A stretch of DNA of 64,000 nucleotides from an uncultured Bacilli bacterium. Lineage in GTDB: Bacteria > Bacillota_I > Bacilli_A > RF39 > UBA660. Shown here one piece after another: positions 56,910 to 64,000 of the stretch (the stretch's first letter is position 1; each line of letters starts with the position of its first letter). The notes under the pieces were generated by a model. That model did no database searches, was not told the DNA's origin, and was given only the letters and a program-made list of their open reading frames with translations. Location of the stretch: positions 17,032 through 81,031 of the forward strand of contig CANQXQ010000001.1 in NCBI GenBank assembly GCA_947627845.1, read 5' to 3'. A program made the translations under genes and the position numbers.

Positions 56910-57982
56910 CTAGTTCTATTTTCTTTTATGTATTTTATTAGATCACTTTTTTTATTTTTTATTTTACCACTTATTATTAAAATTTCAAGTTCACTTAAAA
57001 TCGTGCTTATTTTTTTCGAATTAATATTTAAAGCTTTTATATCATTGGGGGTAATAGCTAATTCTTGTAAAGCTTTAATGGGTAAACTCTTATATATTTT
57101 ATTGATATAATTTTGATCAATATTTAGGATTGCTCCCCCTAATTTAGAGAAATATAAGCCATATTTATAGACTATTTCGGGAGTTATTTCTTTAGCTTGT
57201 AAAATACTTTTAATAATTTTAATATTATTTTTTTCAACTTTAGTAAAAGGTATTTCATAAGTTAAAGAGATTTGAGCATACATTCCTTCCATGTTTTTAA
57301 CAGGAACAATGTCTTCATATTCTAAACCTAATATTTCAGCAATACCAGTTTCATTTAAAAGTTTTAAACCATATTTAACATTAGGTGATATTAAAATTTT
57401 AGTTAGTTCTTCTTTAATTCGGGTTGATGATAAGTTTAAAATATCGGAGTGATGCTTTTTTAAGGCATTATATAAATTGGGTTCAATGGTAAAATTAGTA
57501 TTAGTGGCAATTCTTATAGCTCGCATAATTCGTAAAGGATCTTCGGTAATTTTAGTTTCAATATCGCCAATCATTCTAATAGTTAAATTATTTAAATCTT
57601 CTATTCCTTTAAGTAAATCAATGATTTCCCCTCTTTTATTCATACAAATAGCATTAATAGTAAAGTCACGACGATTTAAATCAATTATTAAATTATTGAT
57701 ATAGTTATATTCAAGGGGTTTACGATTAGCATATTTTATTTCTTCCCGATAAGTCGTTATTTCAAAGTTATATTCTTTTATCTTAAAAGATATGCCTCCT
57801 AGATTTTTGGGATTAGCTTTCGGGAAAATAGTAATTAATTCTTTGGGAGTAGCATTAGTACAGATATCAACATCAAAGGATGCTTTACCGACAAGTAAAT
57901 CTCTAACATAACCTCCAACGACATAAGCTTCATAACCTTTTTTTTCAATGGTAGTTAAGACATTTTTGATTATTTTATTCAA
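56897..57982 (-). CDS. cca: CCA-adding tRNA nucleotidyltransferase
   Basis: YVVGGYVRDLLVGKASFDVDICT polymerase-beta head, RDFTINA motif. Confidence 0.85.
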   Translation of the reverse strand: MNKIIKNVLTTIEKKGYEAYVVGGYVRDLLVGKASFDVDICTNATPKELITIFPKANPKNLGGISFKIKEYNFEITTYREEIKYANRKPLEYNYINNLIIDLNRRDFTINAICMNKRGEIIDLLKGIEDLNNLTIRMIGDIETKITEDPLRIMRAIRIATNTNFTIEPNLYNALKKHHSDILNLSSTRIKEELTKILISPNVKYGLKLLNETGIAEILGLEYEDIVPVKNMEGMYAQISLTYEIPFTKVEKNNIKIIKSILQAKEITPEIVYKYGLYFSKLGGAILNIDQNYINKIYKSLPIKALQELAITPNDIKALNINSKKISTILSELEILIISGKIKNKKSDLIKYIKENRTRWIS

Positions 57983-58046
57983 AAGTTATCACCTCTTAAA
58001 TTGTAACAAATACCTGAATTATTGTCTATAAAAAATAGAAAAAAGC

Positions 58047-58904
58047 TCAAGTTTTATTATTAATATATTCTTGAACTTCTTTAATTGTTTTAGTAAAATC
58101 ATTAAAATTAACATCAAACCACTTAATAGGCATTTGATGATTAAACCAAGTATATTGTCTTTTAGCATAATGCCGACTACGTTTTTTGATTAATTCTTGG
58201 GCCTCTTCTAAAGTGATTTCTCCTTTAAAGTAAAGAAATAATTCTTTATAGGCAATCGCAGTATTTAGAGCTTTACAATCTAAATTTAACGAATATAAAT
58301 GTTTAGCTTCCTCTAATAAGCCCTCTTTAAACATAAGATCAACTCGGTCATTAATTTTTGCATAAAGAATATCACGAGGAGCAGTTAAACCAATATAAAT
58401 CGCATCATATAAAGGGTAACATGGTGCATTTGGGTTATTCTCTTTATTTAAAAAACGAATTAATCTTTGCCGATTATTTTGATGAATAGACATTTTTGGG
58501 TCTTTTTTTAAAGCTAAAGAATATAACTCTTCATTAGAATAGTTAGTATAATCTTGTTTAATAGAATTTTCTTCAGAAAAAACATAATTATATAAGGCCG
58601 CTTTTAAATATAAACCGGTTCCTCCCACAAAAATAATATTTCTATCATGATATTTTGCAATTAATTTACGAGCATCTTTTTGATAATCATAGACTGTATA
58701 ATTTTTAGTTAAAGGCGCAATATCAAATAAATAATGAGGAATGCCTTCTTTTTCTTCTTCTTTTATTTTAGCGGTTCCAATATTCATTTCTTGATATATT
58801 TGCATAGCATCTGCATTTATTATAATAGCATCATATAATTTAGCTAAAGCAATACTTAATTTAGTCTTACCAACTCCGGTAGGACCGACAATACACAAAA
58901 TCAT
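58047..58904 (-). CDS. miaA: tRNA dimethylallyltransferase
   Basis: IVGPTGVGKT P-loop and IINADAMQIYQEMNIGTAK. Confidence 0.9.
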   Translation of the reverse strand: MILCIVGPTGVGKTKLSIALAKLYDAIIINADAMQIYQEMNIGTAKIKEEEKEGIPHYLFDIAPLTKNYTVYDYQKDARKLIAKYHDRNIIFVGGTGLYLKAALYNYVFSEENSIKQDYTNYSNEELYSLALKKDPKMSIHQNNRQRLIRFLNKENNPNAPCYPLYDAIYIGLTAPRDILYAKINDRVDLMFKEGLLEEAKHLYSLNLDCKALNTAIAYKELFLYFKGEITLEEAQELIKKRSRHYAKRQYTWFNHQMPIKWFDVNFNDFTKTIKEVQEYINNKT

Positions 58905-59332
58905 TTTTTAGCCTTAACTTTAGTCTTGGGTTCTTTTTTTAATAAATCTCTTATTTCTTCAAGTAATTCAACTTCCGGAGTTTTTACAGGTTTTGGAGGT
59001 TCAACTTTTTCTTCTTTCTTATGAAAATGCGTTACTTTATTAACCATTTTAACAATAACAAAAATACAGAAAGCAATTATCATAAAATCAATAATACTTT
59101 GAATAAAAGCTCCATATTCAATTCTAGTATCTTTAAAAGTAATAGCTAAATTAGAAAAGTCTTTACCACCTAATAATAAACCAATAATAGGAGTTAAAAT
59201 ATTATTAACTAAACTGGTAACTATGGAAGAAAATGCTCCCCCGACTATAACACCGACAGCTAGGTCCATAACATTTCCCCTGGCTATAAAAGCTTTAAAT
59301 TCTTGTAAATTTTTCTTTATCAATATAAACAC
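58901..59332 (-). CDS. mscL: Large-conductance mechanosensitive channel
   Basis: LQEFKAFIARGNVMDLAVGVIVGGAFSSIV TM1 signature, charged C-terminal helix. Confidence 0.85.
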   Translation of the reverse strand: MFILIKKNLQEFKAFIARGNVMDLAVGVIVGGAFSSIVTSLVNNILTPIIGLLLGGKDFSNLAITFKDTRIEYGAFIQSIIDFMIIAFCIFVIVKMVNKVTHFHKKEEKVEPPKPVKTPEVELLEEIRDLLKKEPKTKVKAKK

Positions 59333-59377
59333 CTCAAAAGTATTTTAACATATTTTTTAAATTAAAAAAAGACTATT

Positions 59378-59983
59378 TTAGGTAGCCTCACTATAAACGG
59401 ATATTTGAGCTTCAAATTTAGCTTTCATAATCGTATTTTTACAATCATTTCCATTACAAGCATTTTCATCAATCCATAAATACAAATTATGAGTTGCAGT
59501 TTTTTTGGTACTTGATAAGGTGCCTGAGGCAATAACATAAGATGATTTAACATTATTTCCTTTAGTTAAATATGATGGTAAAGTATAGGCTGTAGTTGTG
59601 ATTTTATAGGCATTTACTTTATCAGTAGAATAATAAATATGAGGTAATAATACATCAGAGGTAGTATTTAAAACATTTAAAACTACTTTATAACTAGTAT
59701 TTATAACATCGGTACAAGTATTGGTAATAGTCAAATTATAGGGAGTTAATTTTTTAAAGGCTGTTTCTTTAGACATTGGGTAACCTATATAGTTGATATT
59801 ATTGGTACCAGTCATACTTAATTTAAAACATGCCGAATTTAAAACATTAGCTGTGTTTTGAACACCCGTTGTAGAAATGTAAGCATAGGTGATGCCAGCA
59901 GTGGCTATAATAAGCGTAATTATAGATATAGAAAGTAGTACGATTGTCTTTTTATAATTCACAGTTTTCACCAACTTTTCCAC
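59378..59983 (-). CDS. Membrane-anchored Cys-containing protein, paralog A of a tandem pair (unknown family)
   Basis: N-terminal signal anchor. Shares with paralog B the blocks SACFKLSMTGTNN, KLTPYNLTITNTC and LYLWIDENACNGNDCKNTIMKAKFEAQI. Confidence 0.5.
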   Translation of the reverse strand: MEKLVKTVNYKKTIVLLSISIITLIIATAGITYAYISTTGVQNTANVLNSACFKLSMTGTNNINYIGYPMSKETAFKKLTPYNLTITNTCTDVINTSYKVVLNVLNTTSDVLLPHIYYSTDKVNAYKITTTAYTLPSYLTKGNNVKSSYVIASGTLSSTKKTATHNLYLWIDENACNGNDCKNTIMKAKFEAQISVYSEAT

Positions 59984-60077
59984 TTTAATATATATTATAT
60001 ATTATTTTTTTAGGTTTGAAAAGACTTAATTACAATTTTTAGTAAAATAAAACTTCCTACATGGAAATTAAACTTTA

Positions 60078-60722
60078 TTATGATGATAAAACTCCCATGG
60101 AAGTTAAAACTAATATTTGGCCTTCAAAAGTTTTAGCCATAATTTTTTCATCACATTCTTCCCCACTGCAAGCATTTTCATCAATCCATAAAAGTAATTT
60201 ATAAGTTTGAGAAGCAGCTGGAGCTAATGTGCCACTTTTAAGTTTGTAACTATGGACAGTGCCAACCATTTTTTTACTAGTAGGAAAATATTGGGCATAA
60301 GTATAAGGTTGAGCATCTGTTAATGCTGTAGCTGTTCCTAAAGTTGCTCCTTCATCTAATTTGTATCTTATATAATCATTTAAATCGCCTTTAGTATTAA
60401 AAACTATTTCATAATTTACTCCGGAGGCGGCATTTGATGTAGTACAAGAATTAGTAATAGTAAAAGTATAAGGTGTTAATTTGTTTGCAGCATTCACGTC
60501 ACTCATTGGGTAGGCAAATTTACCAGCAGTATTTAATGCAATATCATTACTACCAGAAAAATCAATTTTAAAGCAAGTTGTAGTTAAGTTATTTTCTTCT
60601 TTTTGAATATCTGATATGGAATAATAAGAATAACTAGTTCCCACCGAAATAGTCAACAAAATCATTATGGTTATTAAACCGAGTGTAATTTTATACCCTT
60701 TTCTCATACTATCACCTATCAT
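60078..60722 (-). CDS. Membrane-anchored Cys-containing protein, paralog B of the tandem pair
   Basis: N-terminal signal anchor. Blocks TTCFKIDFSGSND, KLTPYTFTITNSC and LLLWIDENACSGEECDEKIMAKTFEGQI. Confidence 0.5.
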   Translation of the reverse strand: MIGDSMRKGYKITLGLITIMILLTISVGTSYSYYSISDIQKEENNLTTTCFKIDFSGSNDIALNTAGKFAYPMSDVNAANKLTPYTFTITNSCTTSNAASGVNYEIVFNTKGDLNDYIRYKLDEGATLGTATALTDAQPYTYAQYFPTSKKMVGTVHSYKLKSGTLAPAASQTYKLLLWIDENACSGEECDEKIMAKTFEGQILVLTSMGVLSS

Positions 60723-60763
60723 ATATTATTATAAGGTATTTTAAGAGTTTTGAAAAGACTTTT

Positions 60764-62182
60764 TTAAGAAATATTTGCGAATATTTCTTTTTCCCCATCT
60801 AAACTAAAACTTTTGGCAGAGGTTATTTTAACATCTATTATTTTGCCAATATCATTTGAAGCCCCGGTAATATTAACTAATTTCATAGTTTCGGTATAGC
60901 CACAGACTTTATTTTCCCCTTTTTCACTTGGTGAGGTTACTAATACTTTAACAATTTTATTTACATATTCTTTGTTATGTTTTAAACTATAGGAATTAAC
61001 TAATTTATTTAAAGTCTGCAAGCGAGCTTCTTTTACTTCTTTAGAGATATTATCTTTAATTAAAGCCGCGGGAGTTCCTTCTCTGGGTGAATAGATAAAA
61101 GTATAAGCCCCATCAAAAGCACAAGTATTAACAACATCTAAAGTTTCTTTAAAATCTTCTTCTGTTTCATTAGGAAAACCCACAATAATATCGGTGGTAA
61201 TACTACATCCGGGAATGGTTTCTTTTATTTTTTGATAAAGTTTTAGATAATCTTCTTTAGTATAACGGCGACCCATTAATTTTAAGATTTTACTACTTCC
61301 ACTTTGAAGAGGTAAATGAATATAAGGCATAATATTAGGGTATTTCGCTATAACATTAATCATTTCATCAGTAAAATCCCAAGGATGGGAAGTAACAAAA
61401 CGAATTCGGGGAATATTAATTCTAGCTGCTTCTTCTAAAAGAGTTGCAAAATCATAATTTTCCGCTAAATCTTTACCATAAGCATTAACATTTTGGCCTA
61501 AAAGAGTTATTTCTTGATAACCTTCATCTTTTAGAGTTTGAACTTCTTTTAAAATATCAGGCATCTTACGACTTCTTTGTTTACCTCTAGTATAAGGGAC
61601 AATACAATATGTACAAAATTTATCACAACCATACATAATATTTACCCAAGCACTATATTTAGAATCACGTTTATAATCAATATTTTCATAAACATCGCCT
61701 TCAATAGAATAAACTTCTATATCTTGATTAGAAGAAGCATTTAAAATCATCGTTCCTAATTCATTAATATTATGAGTACCAAAAACAATATTGACAAAGG
61801 GGTATTTTTCTTTTAAGAGATTTGCGACCGAGTTTTCTTGAGCCATACATCCCCCCACACAGACAATTAAATCAGGTTTATTTCTTTTTAAATGCTTAAT
61901 TCGACCTAAAAAGCCAAATACTTTATCATGAGCATTTTCTCTTATGGCACATGTATTTAATACAATAATATCAGCTTCATTAAGATCAGTTGTTTCACTA
62001 AAACTTAAATTGGTTAAAATACCTTTTATTTCTTCAGAATCATGAACATTCATTTGACAGCCATAAGTCTTTAAATAAAACTTCTGACCTTTAAACTTAT
62101 CACTCTTAAGATTTAAAGCTTCTTTGATTGCTACTTCTTTATTAGTTCTAATTTTAGCTTCTTTTAAATTTGGTAAATTCAT
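60764..62182 (-). CDS. miaB: Radical-SAM methylthiotransferase, MiaB-type
   Basis: MTTase N-domain YLKTYGCQMNVHDSE, radical SAM CDKFCTYC, C-terminal TRAM. Confidence 0.85.
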   Translation of the reverse strand: MNLPNLKEAKIRTNKEVAIKEALNLKSDKFKGQKFYLKTYGCQMNVHDSEEIKGILTNLSFSETTDLNEADIIVLNTCAIRENAHDKVFGFLGRIKHLKRNKPDLIVCVGGCMAQENSVANLLKEKYPFVNIVFGTHNINELGTMILNASSNQDIEVYSIEGDVYENIDYKRDSKYSAWVNIMYGCDKFCTYCIVPYTRGKQRSRKMPDILKEVQTLKDEGYQEITLLGQNVNAYGKDLAENYDFATLLEEAARINIPRIRFVTSHPWDFTDEMINVIAKYPNIMPYIHLPLQSGSSKILKLMGRRYTKEDYLKLYQKIKETIPGCSITTDIIVGFPNETEEDFKETLDVVNTCAFDGAYTFIYSPREGTPAALIKDNISKEVKEARLQTLNKLVNSYSLKHNKEYVNKIVKVLVTSPSEKGENKVCGYTETMKLVNITGASNDIGKIIDVKITSAKSFSLDGEKEIFANIS

Positions 62183-62221
62183 AAGTAATCACTTCCATAA
62201 CTTTTATATTATAACAGATTT

Positions 62222-62866
62222 TTAAACATTATGGTATGATAACTTAATAATATAATATAATTTTAAAAGTTCCGAATTAAAGGGTTTAGTTAAATCAGTT
62301 AAAATTTTTTTATAAATTAAATCAATATCTTCTATTTGTTCTTTTTGATATTCATAGTATAAATATTTAAGTTTGGCTGCATCTTTTTGTTCATAAAGAT
62401 TAGTAACTTCTAAACTAATTAAATGCAAGGCTTCTTTTATTTGTCTTAAATCATTATCTATAATTAAGGGTTCAATAATTTCATAGGTAATATCATTTTC
62501 TTTTAAATTATAAGCCATTTCTAAAATATTTAATTCATCTTCGACTAAAAGTTTACTACGACTAATAATTTCGCCATTAATATTAAATTCAAGAGCATAA
62601 ACGTTTTTATTATCAGTAATTAAAGAGGCATATTCAATTTTTTTGATGAGCTTTTTAGAACTAATTAAAGTTTTATCTTTGATTTCTTCTAAAAAATTAG
62701 AAGATACTTTTACTTTATTAGAAATAATATCAAGATAGGTTTTATGTTTTACTTTATAAATGGGGATTTTTTTAATTAATTCTAAATAATCCGTGTCATT
62801 CCATTCATAAAAATCATAGATTTTATCGTCGTTCCAATTTAAGATTACGTCGTAGTAATAATTCAT
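62222..62866 (-). CDS. Hypothetical 214-aa protein
   Basis: No recognisable motif. Start overlaps the upstream small membrane ORF. Confidence 0.45.
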   Translation of the reverse strand: MNYYYDVILNWNDDKIYDFYEWNDTDYLELIKKIPIYKVKHKTYLDIISNKVKVSSNFLEEIKDKTLISSKKLIKKIEYASLITDNKNVYALEFNINGEIISRSKLLVEDELNILEMAYNLKENDITYEIIEPLIIDNDLRQIKEALHLISLEVTNLYEQKDAAKLKYLYYEYQKEQIEDIDLIYKKILTDLTKPFNSELLKLYYIIKLSYHNV

Positions 62867-63065
62867 TTTTTAGCCACCTTTCTAAGGATATAATAAGTAA
62901 GATTAGTCCTAAAGGAATAAACCAAAATTCTATTTTTCTACTAATAAATTGAACAAATTCTAAAAAACTATACCCAATTGTTAATAAATTAAAATAAATA
63001 ATTGTAAAGAAAATGCCAAGACTTGTAAAGATAATACCTAATAAATAAATGAAAAATTTAAACAT
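62823..63065 (-). CDS. Small two-TM membrane protein, hypothetical
   Basis: 80 aa, RBS AAAGGGAATTAAAATG, two hydrophobic helices. Its 3' end overlaps the downstream gene. Confidence 0.35.
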   Translation of the reverse strand: MFKFFIYLLGIIFTSLGIFFTIIYFNLLTIGYSFLEFVQFISRKIEFWFIPLGLILLIISLERWLKNELLLRRNLKLERR

Positions 63066-63131
63066 TTTAATTCCCTTTTAAATTTTATTTCTTAAGTTTT
63101 AAAAATATTATATAATTAAGTAGGTGATGAT

Positions 63132-63944
63132 ATGAATATTTTAGTATATATTATTTTAGGTATAATTCAGGGGTTTACCGAACCTTTGCCAATTAGTTCT
63201 AGTGGACATATATTTTTGTTTAAAAATATTTTTAATACTAAGATGTTTAATGATTTAAATTTTGAAATATTTGCTAACTTTGGATCATTTATAGCTATTT
63301 TATTTATTTTTAGAAAAGAAATAATTGATTTAGTTAAAGCTTTTTTTACCTATATTTTTAAAAAAGAAAAAAGAGATGCGACTAAAGGAAGGTTTAAATA
63401 TTGCCTATATTTAATAGTTTCAACTATTCCAGTGGGAATTATAGGCATACTTTTTAAAGATATTATAGAAGAAAAATTTACAAACTTAAAGTTTTTAGGT
63501 TTAGCTTTTTTAGTGACAGCTTTAATGCTTTTCTTAATTAGAAATAAAAATGGAAATAAAGATGATCAAGATATAACTTTAAAAGATGCAATAATTATTG
63601 GACTTTTTCAAATGATTACGATTATGCCCGGGATTAGTCGGAGTGGTACTGTTTTAGTCGCATGCTTACTTATGGGAATGAAGAGGAATACTGCTTTAAA
63701 ATATACTTTCATTCTTTATTTTCCAATTAGTCTGGCGACTATGCTTTTAGGGGTTAATGATTTAGTGGAGGCCGGAAATTTAAGTACTTTAATTATTCCT
63801 TATACCGTTGGAATGTTCTCTTCTTTAATTGTTACTTACTTTACTTATAAATGGCTTAGTGAAATAGTAAAAAAAGGAAAACTTTGGAAATTTTCTATAT
63901 ATTGTATTTGTTTAGCCATATTTATATTTATATATTTTAGATAA
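63132..63944 (+). CDS. uppP: Undecaprenyl-diphosphatase
   Basis: FTEPLPISSSGH and PGISRSG signature motifs, 8 TMs. Confidence 0.9.
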   Translation: MNILVYIILGIIQGFTEPLPISSSGHIFLFKNIFNTKMFNDLNFEIFANFGSFIAILFIFRKEIIDLVKAFFTYIFKKEKRDATKGRFKYCLYLIVSTIPVGIIGILFKDIIEEKFTNLKFLGLAFLVTALMLFLIRNKNGNKDDQDITLKDAIIIGLFQMITIMPGISRSGTVLVACLLMGMKRNTALKYTFILYFPISLATMLLGVNDLVEAGNLSTLIIPYTVGMFSSLIVTYFTYKWLSEIVKKGKLWKFSIYCICLAIFIFIYFR

Positions 63945-64000
63945 AAAAAATAGTTCGCAAGAACTATTAATTTTTAAATAAAACAATATTTAATATTAGA

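Overview
The window is a very AT-rich (roughly 25-30% GC by eye), standard-code chromosomal segment from a low-GC, wall-forming, endospore-forming Firmicute. The evidence for that lifestyle is mur/dap genes, a SigF/SigG-type sigma with ylmC, CotY/CotZ-like, GerQ-like and YunB-like proteins, a SpoIID-domain protein and FtsK/SpoIIIE. Many proteins carry Asn-rich low-complexity stretches.

Housekeeping backbone: rpoC (5' part, runs off the window edge), rpoB, a YbxB-like methyltransferase, rluB, a rhomboid protease, lspA-rluD, priA, murC, dusB, pduL, murE, dapF, a MetC-family PLP enzyme, folA-thyA with a Tmk-like kinase, a ClpC-like ATPase, ftsY, ftsK, nth, dnaD, cca, miaA, mscL, miaB, uppP and one tRNA-Met(CAT).

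Accessory and unusual content:
- An IS91-family unit (tyrosine recombinase plus HUH Y2 transposase) bracketed by a 14-bp perfect inverted repeat.
- A roughly 9-kb island (38.9-47.1 kb) whose core is an ECF-sigma-led, translationally coupled 8-gene operon. It contains a standalone C39 peptidase domain, a GNAT, an isochorismatase-like hydrolase, CutA, a decayed alpha/beta hydrolase and two proteins of unknown fold. It is flanked by a 629-aa unknown protein and a 331-aa tandem-domain protein.
- A YlxM::Nudix fusion in the ftsY-ylxM position, with a ClpC-like ATPase where ffh is expected and a divergent D1-only half-Clp paralog.
- A membrane-anchored SpoIID-domain + NlpC/P60 bifunctional wall hydrolase with an Asn-rich cytoplasmic N-terminus.
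- A tandem pair of Cys-containing, membrane-anchored paralogs between miaB and mscL.

No CRISPR array, rRNA or prophage structural genes were seen. All calls are from reading the translated sequence and recalled family motifs. No database searches were run.
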